Shown: positions 22,994 to 33,632, numbered from the stretch's first letter. The stretch: 64,000 bases of DNA from Pirellulales bacterium (GCA_040901675.1 JBBDYJ010000041.1:1-64000); one strand, 5' to 3'. Numbers and translations: made by a program. Notes: a model not told the origin generated them from the letters alone.

Positions 22994-23091
22994 CCATGCC
23001 TGGCTTGGCCAGGCCGCGATTGACATAGATCGTCGTACTTGAAAGCTTGTCGACCAATCCATCAATCCATGCGAACCGGACGGCTCCTGCC

Positions 23092-24186
23092 ATGCTGCAC
23101 GCGGTGATTATGGCCGGCGGATCGGGGACGCGCTTCTGGCCGGAGAGCCGCGACGCGCGCCCCAAACAGTTGTTGAACCTCGCCGGCGGACGGACGATGA
23201 TCCAGGCCACCGTCGACCGCCTGGCGGGGCTCGTGCCGCCGGAGCGGCTCCTGGTCGCCACCAATGCCAGGCTCGCCGCCGCCATGGCCAAGCAGCTCCC
23301 GGAGTTGCCGGCCGGAGCTATCCTGGGCGAGCCGTGCAAGCGCGACACGGCCCCCTGCATCGGCCTGGCCGCCATCCGCATCAGCCGCACCGACCCGGAT
23401 GCCACCATGCTGGTCATGCCGTCCGACCACGTGATCGCGCCCCAGGCCATGTTCCAGGACGCAATCCGGTTTGCCGCCGCCCTGGTCGACGAGCGGCCCG
23501 CCCGGATCGTCACCTTCGGCGTGCGGCCCAGCTACCCCGCCGAGAGTTTCGGCTACATCGAGCGGGGGGCCGCTTGCGAGACCGCCGTCGCGGCTTCCCC
23601 CGGCCGGCCCGCCGCCTACCAGGTCCGCCAGTTCCGCGAAAAGCCGAAGGCCGACCTGGCCCGCCAATACCTGGAAGCGGGCAACTTCTACTGGAACGCC
23701 GGCATTTTCGCCTGGAAGGCGGCCACGATTCTCTCGGCCCTTGCCGAGCACCAACCCGCCATGTTCGCCCACTTGGAGCGGATCGCCGAGGCCCACGGTT
23801 CACCCCGCTACCAGGAGGTGCTCGAGCAGGAGTTTGCCGCGATCCACAGCGTTTCCATCGACTACGCGGTGATGGAACATGCCCAGGAGGTCGTGGTCGT
23901 CGAGGCACCTTTCGAGTGGGACGACGTGGGAAGCTGGCAGGCGCTGGCCCGGCTGGAGGGCTCCGACGGCGACGGCAACACTATCGCGGGCCGCCACGTC
24001 GGGCTCAAGACCAGCGGCACGATCGTCCGCGGCACGGCGGACCATTTGATCGTCACGCTGGGGATCAACGACTGCATCGTGGTCCACACGCCCGACGCCA
24101 CGCTGGTGGCCAACAAGCACGACGAGGAAGCGATCCGGCGGATCGTGCAGTTGATCCAGGAGCACGGCTGGCAAGAATACCTGTAG
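23092..24186 (+). CDS. manC: Mannose-1-phosphate guanylyltransferase
   Basis: IMAGGSGTRFWPESR...PKQ, EPCKRDTAP, FREKP, WNAGIF, SIDYAVME, WDDVGSW. Confidence 0.93.
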   Translation: MLHAVIMAGGSGTRFWPESRDARPKQLLNLAGGRTMIQATVDRLAGLVPPERLLVATNARLAAAMAKQLPELPAGAILGEPCKRDTAPCIGLAAIRISRTDPDATMLVMPSDHVIAPQAMFQDAIRFAAALVDERPARIVTFGVRPSYPAESFGYIERGAACETAVAASPGRPAAYQVRQFREKPKADLARQYLEAGNFYWNAGIFAWKAATILSALAEHQPAMFAHLERIAEAHGSPRYQEVLEQEFAAIHSVSIDYAVMEHAQEVVVVEAPFEWDDVGSWQALARLEGSDGDGNTIAGRHVGLKTSGTIVRGTADHLIVTLGINDCIVVHTPDATLVANKHDEEAIRRIVQLIQEHGWQEYL

Positions 24187-24668
24187 TGCAAGCCTCCGAT
24201 CCTGACAACCTGGTGAAAGTGCCCGGCCGGCTGGCGGGAATCGACTACGGGACGGTGCGGATCGGCATCGCCGTGAGCGACGCCCGGCAGACGCTGGCTA
24301 GCCCATACGAAAACTATCTGCGCCGTGATCGCCAGGCCGACGCCCAGCGCTTCCGGCGGTTGGTCGCTGAAGAAGGCATCGAGCGGTTTGTCGTGGGGCT
24401 GCCGGTCCACAACGACGGCAGCGAAAGCTCCAAATCGCTCGAAGCGAGGACGTTCGGCCAGTGGCTGGCGGAAGTGACCGGCCGGCCGGTGGAGTTCTTC
24501 GACGAGCGGTTCACGACCAGCGAGGCCGAGCAATACTTGGGCGAGGCGGGGCTTACCAAAAAACGCCGCCGGGCCCGGCTCGACATGCTGGCCGCTCAAA
24601 TCCTGCTGTCGGCCTACATGGAATCGAAGTCGCGCGGGCAGGCTGTACCAGGCGCGCTCGACGATTGA
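24186..24668 (+). CDS. ruvX: RuvX/YqgF (pre-16S rRNA nuclease / Holliday junction resolvase-like)
   Basis: GIDYGTVRIGIAVSD, VVGLP, DERFTT, DMLAAQILL. Confidence 0.93.
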   Translation: MQASDPDNLVKVPGRLAGIDYGTVRIGIAVSDARQTLASPYENYLRRDRQADAQRFRRLVAEEGIERFVVGLPVHNDGSESSKSLEARTFGQWLAEVTGRPVEFFDERFTTSEAEQYLGEAGLTKKRRRARLDMLAAQILLSAYMESKSRGQAVPGALDD

Positions 24669-24692
24669 ACCGGCTTTCTTGGGAAGATCGAG

Positions 24693-25556
24693 ATGCCAAA
24701 GCTGATATTTGGCTGCGGATATCTGGGCTCCCGCGTCGCCAGTGCCTGGCGCGCCGCCGGTCACGATGTCTACGTCGTGACGCGCAGCAGCCGGCGGGCC
24801 GACGAGCTGGCTGGCGAAGGGTATCGCCCGCTGGTGGCCGACGTGACCCTGCCGGACGGTTTTCCCCAGTGGCCGCCGGCCGAGACGGTGCTCTACGCCG
24901 TCGGTTACGACCGCAAAACGTCAAACTCCATCGAGCAAATCTACGTCGGCGGGCTTGCCAACGTGCTCGACTCGCTCCCGGCCAATACCGGGCGGTTCAT
25001 CTACATCAGTTCCACCGGCGTCTACGGCGATAGCCGAGGCGCCTTGGTCAACGAAGACACCCCTTGCAACCCAGAACGACCGGGCGGCAAGGCTTGCCTG
25101 GCGGCCGAACAAGTGCTCCTGGCCGGGCCGTTGGCCAGCCGCGCCGTGATCCTGCGAATGGCAGGCATTTACGGCCCAGGCCGCCTTCCCAACCTCAAGA
25201 GCTTGTTGGCCGGCGATCCGATTGCGGCGGCCGGCGAGGCGCACCTGAACCTGATCCACGTCGACGACGCCGTCGCGGCCGTGCTGGCCGCCGAGCGCGT
25301 TGATGTGCGGCTGCCCCGGACCTACCTGGTTTCGGACGGAGCCCCCGGCCTGCGCCGCGACTTCTATGCCCAGTGCGCCCGGCTGGTCGGCGCACCGCCG
25401 CCTCGTTTCGAAGCACCGGCGGCCCCACAGATGTCGCGCGGGGGTGCGGCCGACAAACGCATCAGCAACGCGCGGATGATGGCCGAGCTGGGCGTGGTGC
25501 CGCGGTACGGCTCCTACCGCGAGGGTTTGGCCCAAATCGCATCTGGGGCGTGGTAG
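24693..25556 (+). CDS. Atypical SDR / NAD-dependent epimerase-dehydratase (YeeZ-like)
   Basis: IFGCGYLG, ISSTGVYG, LRMAGIYGPGR, NLIHVDD, KRISN. Confidence 0.9.
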   Translation: MPKLIFGCGYLGSRVASAWRAAGHDVYVVTRSSRRADELAGEGYRPLVADVTLPDGFPQWPPAETVLYAVGYDRKTSNSIEQIYVGGLANVLDSLPANTGRFIYISSTGVYGDSRGALVNEDTPCNPERPGGKACLAAEQVLLAGPLASRAVILRMAGIYGPGRLPNLKSLLAGDPIAAAGEAHLNLIHVDDAVAAVLAAERVDVRLPRTYLVSDGAPGLRRDFYAQCARLVGAPPPRFEAPAAPQMSRGGAADKRISNARMMAELGVVPRYGSYREGLAQIASGAW

Positions 25557-25827
25557 AACGGAATTCCGTGTCGTAGCTGAACTCGCCAGAGTTCAGGGAG
25601 CTCATGTAACACCCGGCGTCGGGCAAGCAGCCGCCAAGCAGCCGGGAAATCTCACCTTGCGCCCTTCTGCCCCCTTCTGCCTTTTGCCTTCTGCCTTCTT
25701 CCTTCTACCTTCTGCCTGGTTCTTGTCGCAAAGTTTTGAAGGCCCTAAAATCTGGCTGTAGAACGGAATTCATTCGTAGAACGGAATTCATTCCGTTTGG
25801 CTGTCGTAGAACGGAATTCATTCCGTT
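25553..25827 (+). repeat. GTAG-REP cluster plus CCTTCTG heptamer tract
   Basis: GTAGAACGGAATTC(ATT)CCGTT at 25553, 25758, 25776 and 25806; GTAGCTGAACTCGCCAGAGTTCAG at 25573; heptamers at ~25663-25716. Confidence 0.9.
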
Positions 25828-25852
25828 TGCTTCAACCGGAAGGAACTGCATC

Positions 25853-26641
25853 ATGCTCGAGCGGAAGCCGGTCTTCCCTCACGTCATCGAAGTGAACTAC
25901 CAGGCCGGCGAGCGGCTGGGCTGCAACGTCTACCTCGTCTTCGACGGGCCCGAGTGGCTGCTGATCGACATCGGCTACGACGAGACGGTCGACGAGATCG
26001 TCGAAATGATCCGGCAGCTCGACTTTCCCCTTTCCAACTGCAAGACCGTGGTCGCCACCCACGCCGACGTCGATCACGTCCAGGGCCTCGCCAAGCTCAA
26101 GCAGTTGCTCAAAACGACCGTCACGGGCCACCGCCTGGCGGCCGAGCCGCTGGCCTCGGGCGACCGGATCAAGACCTTCGCCGAAGTGGCCGCCCAGAAC
26201 ATTCACCTGGAGATGCCGCCGGTCAAGATCGACGCCTTCGTCGACGACGGCGACACGCTCCAAGTGGGCAACCTGCGGCTCGAGGTCTGGCACACGCCGG
26301 GCCACACCGACAGCCAGCTCTCGTTCCGCCTAGGCAAGCTGCTGTTCAGCGGCGACAACATCTATCGCGACGGTTGCGTGGGCGCCATCGACGCCCACCA
26401 CGGCAGCGACATTCGGTCCTTCGTCAAGAGTCTGCGGCGGATCAGGGCCAGCGACGTCGAGTGGCTCCTGCCCAGCCACGGGCCGATCTTTCGAAAGGAC
26501 AACGCGCTGATGGACCGCACGATCACCCGTCTGGAGAGCTATCTGCACATGGCCGACTTCGGAACCTGCGCCATCGACTGGCCCCTGATGGACGAGTGGG
26601 ACCGCGAGCTCGCCGAAGGCCGCTTGCCCGACGCCCCGTAG
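25853..26641 (+). CDS. MBL-fold metallo-hydrolase (glyoxalase II-like)
   Basis: THADVDH, HTPGHT, FSGD, LPSHG; ATG at 25853. Confidence 0.88.
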   Translation: MLERKPVFPHVIEVNYQAGERLGCNVYLVFDGPEWLLIDIGYDETVDEIVEMIRQLDFPLSNCKTVVATHADVDHVQGLAKLKQLLKTTVTGHRLAAEPLASGDRIKTFAEVAAQNIHLEMPPVKIDAFVDDGDTLQVGNLRLEVWHTPGHTDSQLSFRLGKLLFSGDNIYRDGCVGAIDAHHGSDIRSFVKSLRRIRASDVEWLLPSHGPIFRKDNALMDRTITRLESYLHMADFGTCAIDWPLMDEWDRELAEGRLPDAP

Positions 26642-26664
26642 AACCGAACGTCAGTTCCCCCGTC

Positions 26665-26744
26665 GTAGAACGGAATTCATTCCGTTTCCCCGTCGACCCC
26701 AATTCATTCACTTTCCCGACGAAACGGAATGAATTCCGTTCTAC
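26665..26744. repeat. Inverted REP doublet (REPIN-like)
   Basis: GTAGAACGGAATTCATTCCGTT at 26665-26686 and its exact reverse complement at 26723-26744. Confidence 0.9.
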
Positions 26745-26907
26745 TCGTACCCATCCTGACGCCTGTGCGGGATATTCCCTCAACGCCGCCCGGGCGCGGT
26801 GCCGATTCTGTAGATACCGACCTCGAACGGCTTGCCGGACCGGTGCAACCGCACCAACCGCAAGCCCGTGCGAAACGAGGCCCTTGCCACTCCAAAGGGG
26901 GGAATCA

Positions 26908-27234
26908 ATGATCCGCCGGACCATGCTGGCCCTGCTGTGCGCCGCGGGCTTGTGGGCCGCCGTGCCGGCGGCCGAGGCCCAAGCCCAGCAAGCCTTTGCG
27001 CGTCAGTGGGGACACAGCTACAACACGCAAGACTGGCAGCGCTTCTATCACTACCCGTACGTCTTCTATCCCCAGAACTTCTGGAGCTCCGACTACTACC
27101 GCAGCTCGGAGAGCCTCTACTACCGCTATCCGCCCGAAATGCGGATCCCCGTCTATAACCGCAAGTGGCATAACTACTACCCGCAAAGCCGCCGGTATCA
27201 TTACGGCCACCATTTCATCCTCGACACCTTCTAG
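26908..27234 (+). CDS. Small secreted Tyr/His/Trp-rich protein (108 aa)
   Basis: Signal peptide ending AEAQA; aromatic-rich mature part; purine-rich RBS; followed by a terminator. Confidence 0.8.
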   Translation: MIRRTMLALLCAAGLWAAVPAAEAQAQQAFARQWGHSYNTQDWQRFYHYPYVFYPQNFWSSDYYRSSESLYYRYPPEMRIPVYNRKWHNYYPQSRRYHYGHHFILDTF

Positions 27235-27305
27235 TCCTCAGCCACGTTGGACCTGGGCAGATCGGCCGGTCGGCCACCTTGCTGCTCGAAGGGCGACCAA
27301 AAAAT

Positions 27306-27345
27306 GCGGCGAGCCCGGGCCACTGCCCGGCTCGCCGTTTCTTTT
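27306..27345 (+). terminator. Rho-independent terminator
   Basis: Stem CGGCGAGCC(C)GGGC-CACT-GCCCGGCTCGCCG followed by TTTCTTTT; A-run on the 5' side. Confidence 0.8.
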
Positions 27346-27598
27346 GCGCCCCGCTCTTGCCGGTTTGAGCACGCTCCGGCGGGTTGACAAAAATACGGCC
27401 AACTGGTTTCTTTGGTGGAAGATGCGTTGACTGAGGTGACTTTGTCGATTGCTGCGTAGTTTGAGTCCCCGTTCGGGTGGCCCGAGATTTGCCTTCCGGG
27501 GGGATTGGAACGTTGTCCGGGCCACGGAGGTGCCTACCGAAACAACCGCTTCACGGCGACGGCCGACTGTCGCCCAATCCCGCCTCCCGGCCCTTGCC

Positions 27599-28978
27599 AT
27601 GCGAGCCAAACTGTTAGGCAAAACGCTCAACAGCCGCGAGCTGAACTCCAGGATCCGGCCGCTGCGGTTCCTGGACAACCACACCAACCTCTTCTACCTG
27701 GCCGCCGATTATCTCACCCTGGCGGTCATCCTGACCGCGGCCATCGGCTCTTGCCACCTCCGCCCGCAGTGGGGCCTCTCCTGGCTCTGGAATGTGCCGG
27801 TGGTAATCGTCACGGTGCTCCTGGTCGGCGCGGTCCAACACCGCTTCGCCGGCCTGGCGCACGAAGGGGCCCATTACATCCTGCTCAAGAATCGGTTCTT
27901 CAACGAGCTGGTGTCCGACCTGTTCTGCATGTTCCCGCTCTTCTCCACCACGGCCCAATACCGGCAGATCCACCTGGGACACCACGAGTACACCAACGAT
28001 TGGCAGCGCGACCCCGAGCTGTTGAACCTCGGCCAGACGCGGATGATGGACCGCTTTCCCATGACGCGCGGACAGTTCGTCACCCAATTCTTCGCCCGCA
28101 TCTTTTGGCCTCCCAAGCTGTTGCGCTACATGTGGGACAACATCTACGTCACCACCCTGGGCAACGGCGTCCATCCCTACCTCAAGAAGTCGGCCGGCAA
28201 GCCACGCGGCCGCATCGGAACCGTGCGGATCACCAGCCTCCTGGGCGTCGCCTACCTGGTCGCCATCGTCCTGGCCATGGGTTACCTGAGCTGGCACGGC
28301 AATTGGACGCTGCTCGTCGTCACTCCGCTGGCGTTTTGGCTCGCCGCCGCCGGCCTGGTCCGGACGCTGCCCGACGATTGGTTCTTTCAATCGCAGTTGC
28401 GGCCCGTCCACTCCGCCAAGTTGACCAGCAACCTGCGGCTGGGCTGGATCACCGGCTTGGAGTGCGTGCTGGCCTGGTCGCGCTACGCCACCGGCGTTGA
28501 GTGGGGCGTTTACTTCTGGCTCTTCTGGCTGCTCCCCTTGTTCACCAGCTTCCCTTACTACATGCTGCTGCGCGACCTGTACCAGCACGCCAACGCCGAC
28601 GACGGCAAGCTGACCAACAGCCGCGTCATGTTCACCAACCCCCTGGTCCGCTGGGCCATGTTCATCTATGGCCAGGACATCCACCTCACGCACCACCTCT
28701 ATCCGGCGGTGCCGCATTACAACCTCCGCAAGCTGCACCGCCTGCTGGTCGACAACAGTCCCGAATACGCCAAGCACGTCGTCGAATGCCACGGAATGCT
28801 CTGGAACACCAACGGCAAGCCCACCCTGCTCGACTGCATGGAGCTGCCGACCCGCGAGCCGGCGCCCTTTGTACCGCCGCAGCCAAGCGCGGCCCCGGCA
28901 ACGGCCCTTGCCGTGCTCCCCTCGAACCTGCCGTCGCCCTTGTCTCTACGGGCGTATGAGTCTACGGGCGGCATATGA
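27599..28978 (+). CDS. Membrane fatty-acid desaturase family protein
   Basis: His boxes HEGAH, HLGHH, HLTHH and several TM helices. Confidence 0.88.
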   Translation: MRAKLLGKTLNSRELNSRIRPLRFLDNHTNLFYLAADYLTLAVILTAAIGSCHLRPQWGLSWLWNVPVVIVTVLLVGAVQHRFAGLAHEGAHYILLKNRFFNELVSDLFCMFPLFSTTAQYRQIHLGHHEYTNDWQRDPELLNLGQTRMMDRFPMTRGQFVTQFFARIFWPPKLLRYMWDNIYVTTLGNGVHPYLKKSAGKPRGRIGTVRITSLLGVAYLVAIVLAMGYLSWHGNWTLLVVTPLAFWLAAAGLVRTLPDDWFFQSQLRPVHSAKLTSNLRLGWITGLECVLAWSRYATGVEWGVYFWLFWLLPLFTSFPYYMLLRDLYQHANADDGKLTNSRVMFTNPLVRWAMFIYGQDIHLTHHLYPAVPHYNLRKLHRLLVDNSPEYAKHVVECHGMLWNTNGKPTLLDCMELPTREPAPFVPPQPSAAPATALAVLPSNLPSPLSLRAYESTGGI

Positions 28979-30155
28979 GGAACTGGTAGATCGCCTCGCT
29001 GGCCTGCGCCAGTTCATCGATCGAAAGCCACTCGTCGGCCGTATGGGCCTGTTCGATCGAGCCGGGCCCAAAAACCACCGACGGGACTCCGTCGGCAGCG
29101 ATCTTGGCCGCATTGGTGCCGTAAGCCACGCCGATCTTCTCCCCACGCCCCAACGCAGCCCGCAACGTGGCGACCAGCCGATCGGCCAATGGGCCGTTCT
29201 GATCGTCCGGCAGCGGATTGCCCGACAGATACGGCCGCTCGTGCTGGACGGCCAGGCCGCTGGGCACGTGCCCTGCCACGAACTCGATCACTTCGCGGTA
29301 GGCATCCGCCGGTTCTTCGCCGGGCAGCACCCGCCGATCGATCTCGATCACGCACGCGTCGGGCACGGTGTTGACGCTCAAGCCCCCCTGGATCATGCCC
29401 ACGCTCAGCGTGGCCCGGCCGCAAAGCGGATGCCTCCGACCGCTTTGCCGCAGTTGGCCGGCGTAGGCCTCCAGCGCCTCCAGCACGCGGGCCATCTTGT
29501 AAATGGCATTCTCGCCCGCCTCCGGACGCGAGCTGTGCGCCGCCCTCCCCTGCGTCCGCGCCCGCCACCGGACCGCTCCCTTGTGGGCAATCACCACGTC
29601 CAGATCGGTCGGCTCGGCCACGATGGCCGCGTCGGGCTTGCGCGGCACGATCGAGCGGGCCCCCGGCGCCCACAAGCTGGCCAGCTCGCTGGCCCCGCTA
29701 TAGCCGTGCTCTTCGTTCACCGTGCAGGCCATCAGCACCGTCGGCATGCCCGTTGGCCTCTCCTCGGCCAGCCGGGCCACCGCCCCCAGCATGGCCGTCA
29801 TGCCTCCCTTGATGTCGCAGGCGCCGCGCCCATACAGCCGGCCATCGCGAACGGCGGGTGCAAAGGGCTCGATCGTCATGCCATCGACCGGCACCGTGTC
29901 CTGGTGCGCCTCCAGCAAGATCAACGCCCCTCCTTCCGTGGCCGGCACGTCGCCGTCGAGCCGGGCGATGATATTGTCGCGGCGGGGTTCGATCGTCTGC
30001 CGCTGCCAGGCGAGTCCCAGGCCGTTGAACAACTGCTCCAGGTACTCGGTCACCCGATATTCGAAATAATCCGGGCCCGTCAAGCCGCGCCCCATCGGGT
30101 TCATGCTGGGGATCGCAACCAGATCGCTCAGCGTCCGCACCAGGTCCAGCGGCAT
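28962..30155 (-). CDS. M20 family metallopeptidase (ArgE/DapE-like)
   Basis: EAHQDTVP, GRGACDIKGG, NEE, AEPT, AHKG, GRAAHSS, GPGSIEQAH. Confidence 0.92.
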   Translation of the reverse strand: MPLDLVRTLSDLVAIPSMNPMGRGLTGPDYFEYRVTEYLEQLFNGLGLAWQRQTIEPRRDNIIARLDGDVPATEGGALILLEAHQDTVPVDGMTIEPFAPAVRDGRLYGRGACDIKGGMTAMLGAVARLAEERPTGMPTVLMACTVNEEHGYSGASELASLWAPGARSIVPRKPDAAIVAEPTDLDVVIAHKGAVRWRARTQGRAAHSSRPEAGENAIYKMARVLEALEAYAGQLRQSGRRHPLCGRATLSVGMIQGGLSVNTVPDACVIEIDRRVLPGEEPADAYREVIEFVAGHVPSGLAVQHERPYLSGNPLPDDQNGPLADRLVATLRAALGRGEKIGVAYGTNAAKIAADGVPSVVFGPGSIEQAHTADEWLSIDELAQASEAIYQFLICRP

Positions 30156-30288
30156 GCTCTTGCGCTCTTGGGTCTGCTCGTATGGAGAGGCTCTGTCCCG
30201 TTGTAGCGGCACGGCCCCGGTGTAAGTTACCCGGCCGGGTCAATCGTAATGTGGCCCAAGGGCAGATGGAAGAGGCCGGGTGGTGCGG

Positions 30289-30312
30289 GTAGCTGAACTC
30301 GCCAGAGTTCAG
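30289..30312 (+). repeat. GTAG-REP (second family)
   Basis: GTAGCTGAACTCGCCAGAGTTCAG, identical to 25573-25596. Confidence 0.85.
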
Positions 30313-30475
30313 GTCCGGGGCAACGCCGACGCCCGCGCTCCCGTCCGCTCCGCCAAAAAATCTCCCCAAGACTCTTGAATGTCGCTTTCACGGACTGCAC
30401 AATGAGATCTGTGGGGTTCGCCCCACATGTGCCCTTCGTAGGTACCTGCCCCGCCTGCGAAGGGTTTTTTTATTC

Positions 30476-30790
30476 GGGTGCCTGGCGGCAAAGCGTAGCG
30501 TGCCCCAGTCTTCGTCCGTCCGTCTCCCCCCTTCCCCCGCTCTCCCCTTCCCCCCTTCGTCCCTCGTCGGGTGGCTGATGGCAAAGCGGACTTCGGCGAG
30601 CTCAGTCGAGTCGTAGCGTGCCCCCGTCTTCGTCCGTCCGTCTCCGCCCTTCCCCCGCTCCCCCTTCCCCCCCTTCAGTCCCTCGGGGTGCCTGCGGCAG
30701 CGGTAGCGTGCCCCAGCTCTTGCCTTCTGCCTTCTGCCTTCTGCCCTTCTGCCTTCTGCCTTCTGCCTTCGTCCTTCTGCCTTCCCTCCC
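30476..30790 (+). repeat. Tandem REP units with poly-pyrimidine spacers, then a CCTTCTG heptamer array
   Basis: REP copies at ~30476, ~30569 (with a 25-nt insertion) and ~30686; heptamers at ~30722-30783. Confidence 0.88.
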
Positions 30791-30868
30791 TGCCTTGACC
30801 GTCTTAACCAGTGCCGATACCATTTTTTTCCAGGACTCGAAACAGCTTCGAGTCTCGTTTTTGGCTCC

Positions 30869-30892
30869 ACTTTGTGAAAGCATTCACAAAGT
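30869..30892. promoter_or_regulatory. Rex (NADH/NAD+ sensor) operator upstream of nuoA
   Basis: ACTTTGTGAA-AGCA-TTCACAAAGT matches TTGTGAA-N4-TTCACAA. Confidence 0.85.
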
Positions 30893-30929
30893 CGCCCTCG
30901 CTTCGAAAAAATCGTCGCACGTTTCCCCT

Positions 30930-31328
30930 ATGCAGCCTGCCACGGTGCCAATCTTCCTGTTCGCCGTCTGCGCGACGGCCTTGGCACTCGGATTGTTAGC
31001 GGCCGGATGGCTGCTTGGCCCGCGCCGTGCCGGCTCGGTCAAGCAGATGCCGTACGAGAGCGGCATGGATCCCATCCACGACACCCGCCGCCGCTTCGAC
31101 GTCCGCTTTCACCTCGTGGCCATCTCCTTCCTCGTGTTCGACGTGGAACTGCTGATTCTCTATCCCTGGGCCGTGGCCAGCCGCGCCCCGCAGGGAGTCG
31201 ACGCGGCCGTCGCCGGCGGCCTCGTCTCGGGACGCGACATCGTCTTCTTCAGCGCCATGGCGTTCATCGGCCTGTTGGCGGCCGGGTTCGCCTACGAGTG
31301 GCGCAAGGGGGTCTTCCGATGGCGATAG
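30930..31328 (+). CDS. nuoA: NADH-quinone oxidoreductase subunit A
   Basis: [21 protein letters not shown]. Confidence 0.95.
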   Translation: MQPATVPIFLFAVCATALALGLLAAGWLLGPRRAGSVKQMPYESGMDPIHDTRRRFDVRFHLVAISFLVFDVELLILYPWAVASRAPQGVDAAVAGGLVSGRDIVFFSAMAFIGLLAAGFAYEWRKGVFRWR

Positions 31329-31903
31329 AGCTGCCAGAGAACGTGGTGGTCAGCAAGCTCGACGCCCTGGCGAGCTGGTGCCGCAAGAACAGCCTCTGGC
31401 CCATGCCGTTCGCCACGGCCTGCTGCGGCATCGAGCTGATGGCCACCGGCGCCAGCCGGCACGACCTGGCCCGCTTCGGCGCGGAAGTGTTCCGCTTCAG
31501 CCCGCGGCAGTGCGACCTGATGATCGTCGCCGGGCGCGTCGTGATGAAGATGCTGCCGGTGTTGCAGCGCATCTGGCAGCAGATGCTCGAGCCCAAGTGG
31601 TGCATCTCGATGGGGGCCTGCGCCTCGACCGGAGGCGTCTTCGACACCTACTGCGTGGTCCAGGGGATCGACCGCTTCATGCCGGTCGACATGTACGTGC
31701 CCGGCTGCCCGCCGCGCCCCGAGCAGTTGATCCAGTCGATCATCGACTTGCAGGACATGATCCAGGCGGAAGGTACCGTGTCGGGCAAGGAATTCGACCT
31801 GCCCGCCCGGCAAGGACCCAAGCGGGCCCTGATCGAGCTGCCGATCCTGCCGGCTCAACCCGGCGCGCGACTGCCCGGCGCCTCACACGCCCAGCGAGGG
31901 TGA
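31319..31903 (+). CDS. nuoB: NADH-quinone oxidoreductase subunit B
   Basis: [33 protein letters not shown]. Confidence 0.97.
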   Translation: MAIELPENVVVSKLDALASWCRKNSLWPMPFATACCGIELMATGASRHDLARFGAEVFRFSPRQCDLMIVAGRVVMKMLPVLQRIWQQMLEPKWCISMGACASTGGVFDTYCVVQGIDRFMPVDMYVPGCPPRPEQLIQSIIDLQDMIQAEGTVSGKEFDLPARQGPKRALIELPILPAQPGARLPGASHAQRG

Positions 31904-31908
31904 GCCCC

Positions 31909-32406
31909 ATGGTCCGGCCCGAGACGCTCGAGGCACTGGCCGCCGCGGTCGCCGGCCTGGCGACCAGCGAGTTCCGCGGCCAGACCCGCGCCGTGGTGCC
32001 CCGCGAGTTGTTGTTGACCGCCCTTTCGACGCTGCGGGACCAGTGCGGCTTCGACCTGCTGGTCGACATCACCTGCGTCGATTATCTCAACTACCGCGAC
32101 GCCATCGACCGCTTTGGCCTGGTTTACCTGCTGGCGGCGACCGCGACCAACGAGCGGATCACGCTCCGCGTCTTTCTCAACGAGCCGGATCTCACCGTTC
32201 CCTCGGCCGTGCCCTTGTGGGAAGGAGCCAACTGGATGGAGCGCGAGGTCTGGGACATGTTCGGCGTCACGTTCGACGGCCATCCGGACCATCGGCGGAT
32301 CCTGCTGCCCGACGAGTTCACGGCCCATCCCCTGCGCAAGGACTACCCGCTGCAGGGGCGCGGCGAGCGGCACAACTTCCCCGTCCTGACCCGGAAGGAC
32401 GGCTGA
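31909..32406 (+). CDS. nuoC: NADH-quinone oxidoreductase subunit C
   Basis: ANWMEREVWDMFG..F.GHP, HPLRKDYP. Confidence 0.96.
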   Translation: MVRPETLEALAAAVAGLATSEFRGQTRAVVPRELLLTALSTLRDQCGFDLLVDITCVDYLNYRDAIDRFGLVYLLAATATNERITLRVFLNEPDLTVPSAVPLWEGANWMEREVWDMFGVTFDGHPDHRRILLPDEFTAHPLRKDYPLQGRGERHNFPVLTRKDG

Positions 32407-33632
32407 TGCCGCTCACCCCCGCCACGCTCTCCCGCGACATCGCTCACGACGAAGCGGCCGATTACCTCTGGACGCTGAACTTCGGCCCGCAGCACCCGGC
32501 CACCCACACCACGCTGCGGATCGTGCTCAAGCTCGACGGCGAGCGGGTCGTCGACGCCATGCCCGACATCGGCTACCTGCACTCCGGCTTCGAGAAGCTG
32601 GGCGAGCACCTCGACTACAACCAGTACGTCACGATCACCGACCGCATGAACTACATCTCGCCCATGGCCAACAACGTCGCCTGGCATGGCGCCGTGGAAA
32701 AGCTGCTGGGAATCGAGATCACGCCGCGCTGCAAGTACCTGCGCACCATCGTCTCCGAGCTGTCCCGCATCAGCGATCACCTGCTCTGCAACGGCGCGGC
32801 CGGCCTCGACACGGGCGCCTTCACCTACTTCCTCTATGCCTTCAATCGACGCGAAGACCTCTACGACATCTTCGAAACCGTCTGCGGCGCCCGCTTCACC
32901 AACAGCTACACCCGCGTCGGCGGCCTGATGTACGACGCCGACGAGCGGTTCATCCGCAAGGTGCGGGAGTTCATCCGCACCTTCCCCCGCACCCTCGACG
33001 ACATGGAGCGGCTGCTCAACCGCAACCGCATCTTCGTCGACCGCACCAAGGGAGTCGGCGTGCTCACCCGCGAGCAGGCCTTGTCGCGCAGTTGCACCGG
33101 CCCGATCGCCCGCGCCAGCGGCGTCACCCGCGATCTGCGCAAGGACGAGCCCTACCTGAGCTACGCCGATTTCGATTTCAAGGTCTGCTGCGCCGCGGCC
33201 GGCGACTGCTATGCCCGCTACCTGGTGAGGATGGCCGAAATGCGCGAGAGCCTGCGGATCGTCCACCAGGCGATCGAGAACCTCCCCTCCGGCCCGGTCA
33301 ACGTGGGAATCGGCGAGCGCACCACGCTGCCCGACAAGCGGCCCGTCTATTCGACCATCGAGGGCACCATCTCGCACTTCGAGCTCTTGATGAGCAACCG
33401 CGGCTTCGAAACCCCCAACGAGGAATCGTACGACGCCGTCGAGAGCCCCAACGGCGAGCTGGGCTTTTACCTCGTCGGCGACGGCACCCACGTGGCCTAC
33501 CGCGCCCGCTGCCGGCCCCCCTCGTACATCCATTTTGCCATCTTCCCCCACTTGATCCGCGGACATACCCTGTCGGACGTCGTGGCCGTGCTGGGCAGCT
33601 TGAACATCATCGCCGCGGAGCTCGACCGTTAA
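32406..33632 (+). CDS. nuoD: NADH-quinone oxidoreductase subunit D
   Basis: NFGPQHPATH, GYLHSGFEK, DRMNY, ESPNGE, C-terminal ELDR. Confidence 0.97.
   Translation: MPLTPATLSRDIAHDEAADYLWTLNFGPQHPATHTTLRIVLKLDGERVVDAMPDIGYLHSGFEKLGEHLDYNQYVTITDRMNYISPMANNVAWHGAVEKLLGIEITPRCKYLRTIVSELSRISDHLLCNGAAGLDTGAFTYFLYAFNRREDLYDIFETVCGARFTNSYTRVGGLMYDADERFIRKVREFIRTFPRTLDDMERLLNRNRIFVDRTKGVGVLTREQALSRSCTGPIARASGVTRDLRKDEPYLSYADFDFKVCCAAAGDCYARYLVRMAEMRESLRIVHQAIENLPSGPVNVGIGERTTLPDKRPVYSTIEGTISHFELLMSNRGFETPNEESYDAVESPNGELGFYLVGDGTHVAYRARCRPPSYIHFAIFPHLIRGHTLSDVVAVLGSLNIIAAELDR

Noticed and set aside
25553..25827. Repeated ~22-bp palindromes (also 34130-34221 and 114-379) as a CRISPR array
   Set aside because: Spacers are absent, irregular or themselves repetitive; copies are dispersed, start with GTAG and include inverted doublets; no cas genes. 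They fit REP elements.
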